DNA from: Candidatus Dojkabacteria bacterium
GTDB taxonomy: Bacteria; Patescibacteriota; Dojkabacteria; SC72
Reading direction: 5' to 3'
DNA: 59,096 bases
Assembly: GCA_035370405.1 (NCBI GenBank)
Contig: DAOOVT010000002.1
Coordinates: forward strand, 1-59,096
Shown here: piece by piece, positions 9,311 through 19,329 of the stretch
Layout of the letters: each line of letters opens with the position of its first letter
Position numbering within the stretch: position 1 is the stretch's first letter
Notes under the pieces: generated by a model
The model's input: only the letters and a program-made list of their open reading frames with translations
Database searches by the model: none
Told to the model about the DNA's origin: nothing
Made by a program: the position numbers and the translations under genes

Positions 9311-10436
9311 TAGCGAAAATCTTAAAGTTGCAATTGTTACAGAGCACCTGTGGAAAATGGGAGGAGCGAATAGGGTCTTAAATTGCTTCTGTGAAATGTT
9401 TCCTACTGCTGATATATATTGTCTTTTTGGAGAGAAAAATTTTCTAAAACGAAAAGAAGTTCTTTCTGATGAAATTTGTAAGCATAGAGTGTTCTATTCA
9501 AAGTTAAACAATCTTCCTTTTGTAAGGAAATACTATCAATATACTTTTAGAAAATGGATAAAAAATGTAGAGAAATTTAATCTCTCTAACTATGATTTAG
9601 TAATATCATCATCATCATCTGTTGCTCATGGAGTTATAACTCCATACAATTGTCTTCATATTTCATATATTCATTCCCCTATGAGGTTTATTTGGGATTT
9701 GAATAAAACATATTTTGGTGAAAAGAGAGGTTCACATTCCCTACCTGTAGGATTAGCATCAAGGATTCCATTTAATTTTGCCCGTATATGGGATGTTTGT
9801 GCTTCAAATAGATCTGAAGTTCTAATTGCAAATTCAAATTGTGTAAGAAATAGAATATCGAAATATTGGAAGAAGGAGAGCAAAGTTATCTATCCTCCTG
9901 TGGAGATGTATAAAGGAAAATTAAAGGAAAGGAGAGATGATTATTTTGTTTGTGGAGCACCATTTGAAAAGAATAAAGGAGGAGAATTTCTTCTGGAGAA
10001 GGCAAAAAATATGGGGTTTAACTTGAAGGTCATAGGTACAGGATCTATGTTGTCCTCTATGAAGAGAAAATATGGGAAATGTGACAATATTGAAATACTA
10101 GGGTGGGTATCAGAAGATGAGAAATGGAATATGCTATGTAGTTGTTCAGGATATATTGTAGCAGGTGAAGAAGATTATGGAATATTTCCTGTGGAGGCTC
10201 TTTCGTGTGGTACTCCAGTTTTAGCGTTTAAAGGTGGTGGTAGCCTAGAAACAGTTGTAGAAGGTAAAGGAGGTATGTTTTTTGAATGGAATAATTTTGA
10301 GGATGTTTTCGAGAAATTTAGACAGAAGGATTGGGATTGCCGAGATGTTCGTATGAGTCTTAGAAATTTTAATACAAAAGATAGTTTTAAAGAGAAGATA
10401 ATGGATGTGCTGGTTGATAACGGAATACATATTTGA
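9282..10436 (+). CDS. Glycosyltransferase family 4 (GT-B fold)
   Basis: C-terminal EX7E-type region (GEEDYGIFPVEALSCGTPVLAFKGGG) typical of GT4 enzymes. The start is uncertain (9282 or 9291). Confidence 0.8.
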   Translation: MSCMKERKNNSENLKVAIVTEHLWKMGGANRVLNCFCEMFPTADIYCLFGEKNFLKRKEVLSDEICKHRVFYSKLNNLPFVRKYYQYTFRKWIKNVEKFNLSNYDLVISSSSSVAHGVITPYNCLHISYIHSPMRFIWDLNKTYFGEKRGSHSLPVGLASRIPFNFARIWDVCASNRSEVLIANSNCVRNRISKYWKKESKVIYPPVEMYKGKLKERRDDYFVCGAPFEKNKGGEFLLEKAKNMGFNLKVIGTGSMLSSMKRKYGKCDNIEILGWVSEDEKWNMLCSCSGYIVAGEEDYGIFPVEALSCGTPVLAFKGGGSLETVVEGKGGMFFEWNNFEDVFEKFRQKDWDCRDVRMSLRNFNTKDSFKEKIMDVLVDNGIHI

Positions 10437-10459
10437 TATGATTTTCGTTGTCTAAATAT

Positions 10460-10535
10460 GCCGAGATAGCTCAGTTGGTAGAGCATCTGTCTGAAGAACA
10501 GAGGGTCCCCAGTCCGAATCTGGGTCTCGGCACCA
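10460..10535 (+). tRNA. tRNA-Phe (anticodon GAA), CCA encoded
   Basis: Acceptor GCCGAGA/TCTCGGC, D arm GCTC-AGTTGGTA-GAGC, anticodon loop CTGAAGA, T arm CCCAG-TCCGAAT-CTGGG, 3' ACCA. Confidence 0.9.
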
Positions 10536-10537
10536 CT

Positions 10538-10614
10538 GCGAGAGTAGTTCAGTTGGCTAGAACGACACATTGCCAATGTGTAGGTCGCGGGTTCGAACCC
10601 CGTCTCTCGCTCCA
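10538..10614 (+). tRNA. tRNA-Gly (anticodon GCC), CCA encoded
   Basis: Acceptor GCGAGAG/CTCTCGC, anticodon stem ACACA/TGTGT with loop TTGCCAA, T loop TTCGAAC, 3' TCCA. Lies 2 nt after tRNA-Phe. Confidence 0.9.
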
Positions 10615-10718
10615 AATATTCATTTTTCATTGTGTTTACATTCTGAGATGGAAGTGTTACATTTTACCGATGTCTTGTGAAGTTAGTCTGACATTTAAAA
10701 TGTATAAAAGATGATTAA

Positions 10719-11999
10719 ATGAAGATATTATTTACCCCTCTGACCACTAGTTCCATAGCTCACATTATTAGAAGTTTTGCTCTTGCGGAAAGGTTCGTAG
10801 AGAATGGAGATGAGGTTTTTTTTACTTCGTGTAGGTTAAAGAAAGATTTCATAGAAAAAGAAGGATACAAAGTTGTTAGGACATACTCTCCATTCAATTT
10901 GAATGATGAAAATGATCAGTCTGTAAACTATCTGTCTACCCATAAGAAGGAGATGGTGGAGTGGTTTAAAGCTGATATAGAGGCTGCATCAGAAGTTCAT
11001 GCTGATGTTGTCATAGGGTGCTCCTGTTTGTTTGGTCCTCATGTTACATATGCTACTGGTATTCCTACAGTAGCCCTTATGAATGGTCAGTATGCTCCAA
11101 ATACGAAGGGGCTTATGGGTGTATGCTTGTGTGATGATTCATTGAGAAGTATTTTGCTCAGAAATATGCTTCGTCCAATATTTAATAGACAGTTTTTGAA
11201 TGAATATCTTTCAGAAGTTCTCGATGCGTACAGGATAATAGGGATTGAGCATGGAGATATTAAAAGTAGGGAGGAGATGTACTCTCCAATGCCAATATTG
11301 ATTCCAGGAGATGAGGAATTTGAACCTCAACTCAAAACTGACGAGAATAGTAAATTCATAGGTCCTTTGTTTTGGGACGGATTTGAGAGAATAAGTGATA
11401 ATACATTGAGTGAAGAAAGTATTTTAAAATTTAAGGGTAATGATAGATTAGTTTTCATAACCTTCGGAGGTAGTGTTTTTAATAGAAATATTTATGACAG
11501 AATTTTAAGGAGTTTAAACAAAATAGATGCAAAGAAAATAGTAGCACTTGGACCTAATTTCAAGAGAGAGGATTTTCCAGAAGATTCAGATGATTTAATT
11601 ATTAGAAATTTTGTTCCTGGACTTAGATTGTCTAAACTTTCTGATATCATTGTGAATACAGGATCTCAGGGAGCAATAATGCAGGCTTTGACATATGGTA
11701 AGCCCGTTGTTGCATTTCCAGTTGGAATAGATCAGGCGTACTTTGCTAATCGTTTGGAGGAGATGAATGTCGGAAGAAATGTTAATAAGACAGGTATCCT
11801 TGGTTTTTCTAAAAGAGAAAGTTATCAGTTTGTAGATGATCGTGTACCTGAGAAAATGATTTCAGCTGTTAATGAATTGATGAGTAATGATAAATACGCA
11901 AAAAATGCACAATCGTATTCTTTGAGATTGAAGAAAAGATATAATGATCCAGCTGGAGAAGTAGTGAATTTCGTGTATAATAGGTACAAGAAAATATGA
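10719..11999 (+). CDS. Glycosyltransferase, GT1/MGT (UDP-glycosyltransferase, MurG-like C-terminal domain) family
   Basis: C-terminal nucleotide-sugar binding signature (NTGSQGAIMQALTYGKPVVAFPVGIDQAYFANRLEEMNVG). The N-terminal acceptor domain is of the MGT type. Confidence 0.75.
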   Translation: MKILFTPLTTSSIAHIIRSFALAERFVENGDEVFFTSCRLKKDFIEKEGYKVVRTYSPFNLNDENDQSVNYLSTHKKEMVEWFKADIEAASEVHADVVIGCSCLFGPHVTYATGIPTVALMNGQYAPNTKGLMGVCLCDDSLRSILLRNMLRPIFNRQFLNEYLSEVLDAYRIIGIEHGDIKSREEMYSPMPILIPGDEEFEPQLKTDENSKFIGPLFWDGFERISDNTLSEESILKFKGNDRLVFITFGGSVFNRNIYDRILRSLNKIDAKKIVALGPNFKREDFPEDSDDLIIRNFVPGLRLSKLSDIIVNTGSQGAIMQALTYGKPVVAFPVGIDQAYFANRLEEMNVGRNVNKTGILGFSKRESYQFVDDRVPEKMISAVNELMSNDKYAKNAQSYSLRLKKRYNDPAGEVVNFVYNRYKKI

Positions 12000-14281
12000 T
12001 TATAGAAGTATCACTGTTAATAATAATTCTCCTTTTGTGTTCATATATATTGTTTAGTGTGCTTGGTACTGATGGAATATCAAACGAAGCTCAAAGAAAA
12101 AGTTTTGCTCTTATGGTTTTTTGGATCATCCTTTGGGTTATAACTATCCTACTGACAGATATATTTTATCAGCATTTAGATTTTTCCTTATGGACTTCAA
12201 GATTATCATTTTGTACTTCTGCACTAATAGGGTATAGCTATTATCTATTTGTAGAAAAATATCAGAATAAGGAGAAACTTAGGGTTATTAGAATATTGTG
12301 GAGTATTGTTACCATATTCTTGGTTTTTATATCATTAACGGATTCTATTGTAAAAAGTGTGGCAATAGTAGATGGATCATTAAAATCTACTCCTGGCAAT
12401 ATGAACATAGTGTATGCTGTTCTTGTTGGAGTAATGTTTTTATCATCAGGCTTACTATTTTTTGATGCGTACAAGCATGAGAAGAATAGGGTAAAGAAGA
12501 ATCAGATGTTGTATATGCTTATCGGTTCTGTGATTTCTATTTCTCTTACATTTGTAACAAACTTAGTACTTCCAATGCTTGGTTTCAAGGAAATAAGATC
12601 ACTTGGTCCACTTTGTCTTTCTTTTTTCATATTCGCTACATATTATTCAATAATAAGGTATCGTTTCCTAAGTGCAAAGTTACTAATTAGTCGTTTTCTC
12701 TACACCTTAATTATTGCAATTATTCCATATGTAGTTTTTCATTTGATAGTATATCTGCAGCTTGCTGTGTGGGGTGATATATATAGTACAGGTGCGTTGG
12801 TATCAGGCTATCTATATGCTTTAATATTTCTTTATGTCTTTTTGTATACAACTAAAGGAGTTGATCGGTTCATAAAGAAAGTTTTTTATGGTTCCAGCAT
12901 TGATCCAGAGAAGGAGAAATCAAAATTTCTAAAAGAAATAGACACTTTGTTAGATACAGATAAGATTTTAAATAAGACAAAAGATCTTTTAGAAAGAGTA
13001 TTTGATGTAAAGGTTGGAATTGTACTCACATCTTCAGGTAAAATATTAGATGATTTAGAGCATCTAAACACATTCGAAATTTCTCAAGAAGATATCAACT
13101 GTCTAAAAGAGGTCGCGGACCCTGTACTAAAAGATGAACTTATCTACCTAGAAAATGAACGTCCCGAAATTTCCACCATATTTTTCGATTCTAAAGTCCA
13201 ATGCTTTTTCCCAGTAAATATTTCCCAAAATACAGAGTGGAAAGCATACATATTTCTTGGGAACAAGAAAAATTCAATTAATTACTCAATACAGGATATA
13301 GATTTCATATCTTCTGTGTCTTCAATATTGTCAGTAGCTTTACAAAGGGCATACTTGCATCAAGAAGTATTAAAATTCAATCAAACCTTACAAGAAAAAG
13401 TTAATGAGGCAACAGTCAATTTAAGGAAGAAAATAAAAGAACTGGAAGAAGCTAGGAAGAAGGAGAATAACATGATAGATATAATGGGGCATGAATTAAG
13501 AACTCCTGCGACAGTTGCAAAACTCAATATTGAAATGCTACACAATTGGCAGGAAAATATGCAGAAGAAATATCCAAATATTAAGGAATTTGACGATTTC
13601 GAAAGATATCTAAAAAGAATCCAAGACAGTATTGAAAATGAGATTGGAATAATAAATACATTATTAGTTTCAGCAAAATTAGAAGGAGAGAGACTAGAGC
13701 TTGTTAAAACTCCAGTGAATGTACTAAACGCCATTGAGTTAGGTATAGAAGGAAAAAAGAAAAGTGCCGAAGCAAAAAAAATATCCATAATTTTTGATTA
13801 CCCTAAAAATTACAAGGATTTTCCATATGTTCTAGCAGATAAAGGTAGATTCCAAGAAATAATAGATAATTTGATAGATAACGCAGTTAAATATACGGAT
13901 GAAGGATGTGTGAGGATAACAGCTACTGTAGAAGACAAAAATGTTAGAATATCTGTTAGCGATACAGGAAAGGGGATAGCTCAGGAAGATATCCCTAAAC
14001 TTGGAACAAAATTCTTTAGAACAAACCAATACATACCTACTGAATCAAACAGTGAGGTTACGCAATTAGTTAGACCCGGCGGTACAGGTCTTGGATTGTT
14101 TGTTGTATATGGATTAGTTAAAGCTCATGGTGGAGAAATAACTGTGGAGAGTGAAATTAACAAGGGAAGTACATTTAGTTTTACAATACCTATTGCAGAG
14201 GGTGCTACTGGTGAAATAGACAGAAAAATTTTTGAAGGAGACCAGTTTGAAAAACTGAAAACTAAAAAAGATAATGATTAG
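11996..14281 (+). CDS. Sensor histidine kinase with N-terminal multi-TM (7TM-type) sensor domain
   Basis: About 290 aa of hydrophobic helices. H-box MGHELRTPAT, N-box DNLIDNAVKYT, G1 DTGKGI, G2 GGTGLGL. The start overlaps the upstream glycosyltransferase stop (ATGA). Confidence 0.88.
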   Translation: MIIEVSLLIIILLLCSYILFSVLGTDGISNEAQRKSFALMVFWIILWVITILLTDIFYQHLDFSLWTSRLSFCTSALIGYSYYLFVEKYQNKEKLRVIRILWSIVTIFLVFISLTDSIVKSVAIVDGSLKSTPGNMNIVYAVLVGVMFLSSGLLFFDAYKHEKNRVKKNQMLYMLIGSVISISLTFVTNLVLPMLGFKEIRSLGPLCLSFFIFATYYSIIRYRFLSAKLLISRFLYTLIIAIIPYVVFHLIVYLQLAVWGDIYSTGALVSGYLYALIFLYVFLYTTKGVDRFIKKVFYGSSIDPEKEKSKFLKEIDTLLDTDKILNKTKDLLERVFDVKVGIVLTSSGKILDDLEHLNTFEISQEDINCLKEVADPVLKDELIYLENERPEISTIFFDSKVQCFFPVNISQNTEWKAYIFLGNKKNSINYSIQDIDFISSVSSILSVALQRAYLHQEVLKFNQTLQEKVNEATVNLRKKIKELEEARKKENNMIDIMGHELRTPATVAKLNIEMLHNWQENMQKKYPNIKEFDDFERYLKRIQDSIENEIGIINTLLVSAKLEGERLELVKTPVNVLNAIELGIEGKKKSAEAKKISIIFDYPKNYKDFPYVLADKGRFQEIIDNLIDNAVKYTDEGCVRITATVEDKNVRISVSDTGKGIAQEDIPKLGTKFFRTNQYIPTESNSEVTQLVRPGGTGLGLFVVYGLVKAHGGEITVESEINKGSTFSFTIPIAEGATGEIDRKIFEGDQFEKLKTKKDND

Positions 14282-14309
14282 TTACTACTCATATATTTGA
14301 TATGAAATT

Positions 14310-15125
14310 ATGCAAAAGCATTCTAAAAAATTTATCAAAGAAAGATTATCACGATCCAAAGTAATTATTTTCTTCAAAAGAAATTCCATAGCAATAATCA
14401 TAATTCTTCTTGTTATTCTATCCTTCCTTTTAGGATTTTGGAATATACAAAAATATGAAATTTACTCTATTGATGGAGGAGAAATTAGCCCAAAAGTAGA
14501 ACAAATGGTGCAGGAATACCTAGATAGAAATGTAATAGGTAAAAACTACTTTAAAATATATACAGAAACATTAGAAAAAGAAGTTGAAAATAATATCTCA
14601 TATATTAACAATGTTGAAATCCGAAAAAATATTCCTGATACTCTAGTTCTTTTTGTAGAAGAATATATTCCAAAATTAACTGTACAAACTCAAAGTAGTA
14701 AATGTTACTTACTTTCAGAAAATGGAGTTGTTTTGGAAGAACTATGTAAGGATTCTACGGAGGCGGATTGTTGTCTTAACTACTCATCAGCAAATGGTAA
14801 GTATATGTTTAAGGCTTTAGATACAGAGGTTGTTAAAAATGGACAGGAGAAGACAAAGTTATTGATTATGGGAGATGTGAAGGACATTATCAAAGTAATA
14901 GAAGTATTTAATATTGATATACAAGAGATTAGTTTAGAGAAGAATGTTCTAAAAATTACGGATGTAGATGGAAGAGTTATTGTTTTTTCAATGAATGATG
15001 ACATACAAGTTCAACTTGAAAGATTTTATCTTGTTATGTCAAAAATAAGGAAGGATAGTACTAATTTTGACTCAATAGATGTTAGATTTGAAAGACCAGT
15101 CATGAAGATTAGAATAAATTCTTGA
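14310..15125 (+). CDS. ftsQ: Cell division protein FtsQ/DivIB (POTRA domain)
   Basis: Single N-terminal TM helix, a POTRA-like segment (VEIRKNIPDTLVLFVEE), and a position immediately upstream of ftsA-ftsZ. Confidence 0.75.
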   Translation: MQKHSKKFIKERLSRSKVIIFFKRNSIAIIIILLVILSFLLGFWNIQKYEIYSIDGGEISPKVEQMVQEYLDRNVIGKNYFKIYTETLEKEVENNISYINNVEIRKNIPDTLVLFVEEYIPKLTVQTQSSKCYLLSENGVVLEELCKDSTEADCCLNYSSANGKYMFKALDTEVVKNGQEKTKLLIMGDVKDIIKVIEVFNIDIQEISLEKNVLKITDVDGRVIVFSMNDDIQVQLERFYLVMSKIRKDSTNFDSIDVRFERPVMKIRINS

Positions 15126-15224
15126 TTAAATGTGTGAATTTTAATATATTAGTATAGAAATCTTGTAAAAAGTTCTTCATAAGATATAATAAATTTAAGT
15201 AAAATTACTGTCCCTAACAAATAT

Positions 15225-16523
15225 ATGGCACGCAAAATATTAACAGCAATAGATATTGGGTCTTTTAAGATAACTACGGTTATTACTTCTGTAGAGGATG
15301 GTAAGAACCCCACGGTAATTGGTGTGTGCTCGTATCCTAGTAAAGGAATCAAAAAAGGTGTGGTAATTAACATAGATGATGCAACAAGTGCCATATTGGA
15401 AAGTGTTTCAGCGGCGGAGAGAATGGCTGGAGTTACGATTTCTGATGTTTTTGTTTCGATTAATGGAGAACAGGTCACTAGTCTTAATAATAAGGGAGTT
15501 GTTGCAGTTGCGGGATCTGAGATTACGATTGATGATACATACAGGGCAATAGAGAATGCGAGAACTCTTTCTCTTCCAGATAATCTTTATCCGATACACA
15601 TTATTCCTAGAGAATTTGTAGTTGATGCTCAAGGTGGAATAAAGTATCCAATAGGGATGAGTGGAAGTAGACTAGAAGTTGAAACACATATAATTACTGC
15701 CCCTAGTTCATATTGGCAAAATATAAAAAAGTGTGTGGAACAGGTTGGGTCGAATGTGTATGATGTCGTATTTACTGCTTGGGCTTCATCGTTAGCTGTA
15801 CTAACTGATACAGAAAAGGAGCTTGGAGTTACTTTGTTGGATATTGGAGCTGGAACTACTGGCATCGCTATCTTTCAAGAAGGGTCAATTGTATATAGTG
15901 CTTCCATTCCATTAGGAGGAAATAATATTACTAGTGACATTGCAATAGGTCTTCAAGTATCTCTAGAAGATGCAGAGAAGATAAAGTTAAATCTTGGTAA
16001 TCTATTTGATAACAAGTTCGAGGGAGATAGAGTGCGAGAGATGGATTCTACACCTGCACTCTTGCGTCGAAAGGAAGTAGCAAAGCCCAAGAAGACGAAA
16101 GGGGAAGAAATAGACCTTAATGTGATAGGGATAGATAAAATTGTTTCAAAGGAAAGAACTGCGAAAATAGTGGAGGCTAGATGTAGTGAGATTTTAGAAA
16201 TGGCAAAAGATAATGCATCAAAAGCTGGTTATGAGATAGCTATGCCTGCAGGTATAGTCTTAACTGGTGGTACAGCATTACTTAGAAACATTACTAAATT
16301 TACTCAGGAGATGTTTGGAGTTGCTGCTCGTATAGGGACTCCTTCTGGATTAACAGGAATGGTTGAGGAAATATCAGATCCATCGTATGCTTGTGTTCAA
16401 GGTTTGATAAAACATGCTTTAGAAGATGATGTAGAAGTAGGTGGTGTTGGAGAAAAAAATAAGGTTGATATAGGTGGAATTTTTGGTAAGATAGGAGAGT
16501 GGTTTAAGTCTTTACTGCCTTAA
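15225..16523 (+). CDS. ftsA: Cell division protein FtsA
   Basis: Actin-fold motifs (AIDIGSFKI, LLDIGAGTTGIAIF, GIVLTGG) and a C-terminal amphipathic helix (GGIFGKIGEWFKSLL). Confidence 0.95.
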   Translation: MARKILTAIDIGSFKITTVITSVEDGKNPTVIGVCSYPSKGIKKGVVINIDDATSAILESVSAAERMAGVTISDVFVSINGEQVTSLNNKGVVAVAGSEITIDDTYRAIENARTLSLPDNLYPIHIIPREFVVDAQGGIKYPIGMSGSRLEVETHIITAPSSYWQNIKKCVEQVGSNVYDVVFTAWASSLAVLTDTEKELGVTLLDIGAGTTGIAIFQEGSIVYSASIPLGGNNITSDIAIGLQVSLEDAEKIKLNLGNLFDNKFEGDRVREMDSTPALLRRKEVAKPKKTKGEEIDLNVIGIDKIVSKERTAKIVEARCSEILEMAKDNASKAGYEIAMPAGIVLTGGTALLRNITKFTQEMFGVAARIGTPSGLTGMVEEISDPSYACVQGLIKHALEDDVEVGGVGEKNKVDIGGIFGKIGEWFKSLLP

Positions 16524-16550
16524 CTTAACTAATTTTACAGTAAGGGAAAT

Positions 16551-17798
16551 ATGTTAGTAACGACAAATGTTGATCCTGTAGCAAAAATTAAAGTTGTGGG
16601 AGTAGGAGGGGGAGGTTGCAATGCTATAAATACAATGATAACCGATTATGATATCTCTGGGGTTGAATTTATGGCTTTTAATACAGATGCTCAGGCGTTA
16701 AAAATGTCTCAAGCTCCAATAACACTTCAACTTGGTGAGAAACTTACTAATGGGCTTGGAGTTGGAGGAGATTCTAAGATGGGATCTGATGCTGCTGAGG
16801 AAAGTTTGGATCAGATACAGGAATTACTGGAAGGGGCAAATATGGTCTTTATTACTGCCGGTATGGGTGGTGGAACTGGTACTGGTGCTGCTCCAATAAT
16901 TGCTGGAGTCGCTAGAAATATGGGGGCATTAACTGTTGCAGTTGTAACTAAACCATTTGAGTTTGAGGGTGCAAAGAAAATGGAGATAGCAGAAGAAGGA
17001 ATTTCAGCATTGAAAGATAAAGTAGATACATTAATTGTTGTTCCTAATCAGCGCCTACTGGAAATTATAGATCCCAATGAAAAGCTTTCATTCATTGACG
17101 CAATGAAGAAGGTAGACTCTGTGTTAGCAGAAGGTGTTAATAGTATATCCAATCTAATTAGCCAGACTGGATATATAAATGCTGACTTTAACGATGCTAA
17201 ATCTGTAATGCAGAATGCAGGAACAGCCTTAATGGGTATCGGTAGAGCATCAGGTGAAAATAGGGCTGAGGAGGCTGCTAGAGCTGCTACAACAAGTCCT
17301 TTACTCGATATGTCCATAGAAGGAGCTAAGGGAGTTCTCTACAATATAGTGGGAGCGGATCTCTCACTAAACGAAATTAGCTTAGTGTCAGAATTAATTA
17401 AAGAAGCAGTTGATCCATCTGCAAAAATAAAATTTGGAGCTCAAATAGATCCAAATGCTGGAGATGAACTCACCATCACTATTGTTGCTACTGGTTTTTC
17501 AGATCAGCCATATACAAAAAGACAAAATGAAATAGTTGGGAGCGGTCCTAGTAGGGTAAGGACATTCGGTTTTGAACCAGAGGACAAAATAAACAAAATA
17601 AATAATGTAATAGTTGGAGCTAGTAAAAATCAAGATGAAGACGAAGATGAAAGTCTAGAATCATTTGACTCTGTAGATGCGATGTCTGTAGATTCCTTTG
17701 ATGATAGTGAAGGTTCTTCCGATGACCTAGAGAAACTAAAAGACATTCCAAGTGATGACCCATTTGATATTCCAGCCTTTATGCGAAAAAGAAAGTAA
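16551..17798 (+). CDS. ftsZ: Cell division GTPase FtsZ
   Basis: Tubulin signature GGGTGTGAAP, the NTDAQAL motif, a long acidic linker and a conserved C-terminal peptide (DDPFDIPAFMRKRK). Confidence 0.97.
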   Translation: MLVTTNVDPVAKIKVVGVGGGGCNAINTMITDYDISGVEFMAFNTDAQALKMSQAPITLQLGEKLTNGLGVGGDSKMGSDAAEESLDQIQELLEGANMVFITAGMGGGTGTGAAPIIAGVARNMGALTVAVVTKPFEFEGAKKMEIAEEGISALKDKVDTLIVVPNQRLLEIIDPNEKLSFIDAMKKVDSVLAEGVNSISNLISQTGYINADFNDAKSVMQNAGTALMGIGRASGENRAEEAARAATTSPLLDMSIEGAKGVLYNIVGADLSLNEISLVSELIKEAVDPSAKIKFGAQIDPNAGDELTITIVATGFSDQPYTKRQNEIVGSGPSRVRTFGFEPEDKINKINNVIVGASKNQDEDEDESLESFDSVDAMSVDSFDDSEGSSDDLEKLKDIPSDDPFDIPAFMRKRK

Positions 17799-17821
17799 TG
17801 GTATTGTGGAGTTAGTGTATA

Positions 17822-19153
17822 ATGCTGGATATGAATTCGAATCTGTTTGATACAAAGAGATTTAAGCCTTTCAGCCTTGCCGTAACAATGCCTATGTTGG
17901 TACTTCTCCTGATAGGTATAATTACTCTTTATTCAACATCAATTTCACCTACACAGGAAAACACTGATTTATCAATAGTTCTAAAACAGTTACTATTCAT
18001 TGCCATAGGAGCGATTTCCTACATACTTTTTTCATGTATAGATCTTTCATACCTCAAACATTGGCAAGTTGCGGGAGTGATCTATATATTTACGATAATA
18101 CTTCTAATTGCCACTATTATGTTTGGTCCTGAAATAGCAAATGTTAAAAGGTGGCTAATAATTGGTGGTATACAAGTACAACCTTCGGAAATTGCCAAAT
18201 TATCAGTTATTCTTGTAACTGCTGTTGTTTTTTCATACAAGGAAAAATACAACGAACTAATCCTTTTCTTAATATCCTTCATCTTAGTTGTTCCAATAAC
18301 TGCTTTAATATACATACAGCCAAGTGGAAGTATGGCCACGTTAGTTTTAATGATATGGTTTGTAACAGCATTCCTAGGACTTAATAATCCACTACGAAAT
18401 ACTGTTCTTTTAATCATAATTGGTGGTATAACTGGAAGTTTTGTAATTTCATCCATAACCTCAAATCCACTCTGGTTCCTTCTATCCATTCCATCTATCA
18501 TTCTTGCTATCTTTGGCTTCTATTCAAAAAATAATTGGAAATCATTCGTTTTGATATCTGTAATTATTAGCTTAGTGTTAGGAATATCCTCTCAGTTTGT
18601 ATGGAATGATATATTAAAGGATTATCAGAGAAAAAGGATAGAAGCGTTCTTAAATCCTGAAGAAACAAAGGAAGACATAGGGTTTAATGTCAATCAATCA
18701 AGAATTGCAATCGGTTCTGGACAAATTTTTGGAAAAGGCTTTGGAAATGGAACTCAGAGTAAAAGAAATTTTTTACCAGAGTATCAAACAGACTTTATCT
18801 TTGCTTCCTACGCAGAAGAATTTGGCTTAGTTGGTAGTTTAATACTATTCCTCCTCTATGGTGTAATTATAATTACTGCATATTTGACAGCTATTAAATT
18901 CTGTAAAGACACAATGTTTTCTTTAATATGTGCAGGTATTGGAACCAAAATACTATTTGAAGTCTTTATCAACATAGGAACCAATTTAGGAGTAATTCCT
19001 GCTACAGGAATCCCTCTTCCAATGATAAGTGCAGGGGGAACATCAATCATAGTAACACTATCATGTCTAGGTATTTTGCAAAACATATATTCAAAAGGAA
19101 ATCTAAAGCTGAGGACAGGTAAAAAGGATATATTAGAAGTTTACGAAGAATAG
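17822..19153 (+). CDS. ftsW: SEDS family peptidoglycan glycosyltransferase FtsW/RodA
   Basis: Polytopic membrane protein with SEDS motifs (QPSEIAKL, PEYQTDFIFA, GIPLPMISAGGTS). Lies directly after ftsZ. Confidence 0.85.
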   Translation: MLDMNSNLFDTKRFKPFSLAVTMPMLVLLLIGIITLYSTSISPTQENTDLSIVLKQLLFIAIGAISYILFSCIDLSYLKHWQVAGVIYIFTIILLIATIMFGPEIANVKRWLIIGGIQVQPSEIAKLSVILVTAVVFSYKEKYNELILFLISFILVVPITALIYIQPSGSMATLVLMIWFVTAFLGLNNPLRNTVLLIIIGGITGSFVISSITSNPLWFLLSIPSIILAIFGFYSKNNWKSFVLISVIISLVLGISSQFVWNDILKDYQRKRIEAFLNPEETKEDIGFNVNQSRIAIGSGQIFGKGFGNGTQSKRNFLPEYQTDFIFASYAEEFGLVGSLILFLLYGVIIITAYLTAIKFCKDTMFSLICAGIGTKILFEVFINIGTNLGVIPATGIPLPMISAGGTSIIVTLSCLGILQNIYSKGNLKLRTGKKDILEVYEE

Positions 19154-19154
19154 A

Positions 19155-19227
19155 TGGGTGTACAGGGAATCGAACCCTGAACCTAACGGTTAAGAGCCGT
19201 TTGCTCTGCCAGTTGAGCTACACACCC
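19155..19227 (-). tRNA. tRNA-Lys (anticodon CTT)
   Basis: Reverse complement is GGGTGTG-TA-GCTCAACTGGCAGAGC-A-AACGG-CTCTTAA-CCGTT-...-CAGGG-TTCGATT-CCCTG-TACACCC-A. No CCA is encoded. Confidence 0.9.
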
Positions 19228-19288
19228 AAGTTCCAAATAGTGATGATATCAGTAAGATGTTTTTTTTTCAACATATTTCATAATTTGA

Positions 19289-19317
19289 TTGACTTTTGAG
19301 TAATATTAACATACAAT
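19289..19317 (+). promoter_or_regulatory. Candidate sigma70-type promoter upstream of rplU
   Basis: TTGACT (19289-19294), a 17-nt spacer, then TACAAT (19312-19317). The predicted start would leave a very short leader before the ATG at 19330, so this is tentative. Confidence 0.3.
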
Positions 19318-19329
19318 TCACACCATATT

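Noticed and set aside
10175-10714. Track ORFs 10175..10630 (-) and 10448..10714 (+) spanning the Phe/Gly tRNA pair. The same applies to 27801..28070 (+) and 27959..28189 (-) over the Thr/Gly tRNAs.
   Set aside because: They are read-throughs of tRNA genes. Peptides such as ERETGFEPAT are the usual translation of T-arm sequence. They have no independent coding evidence.
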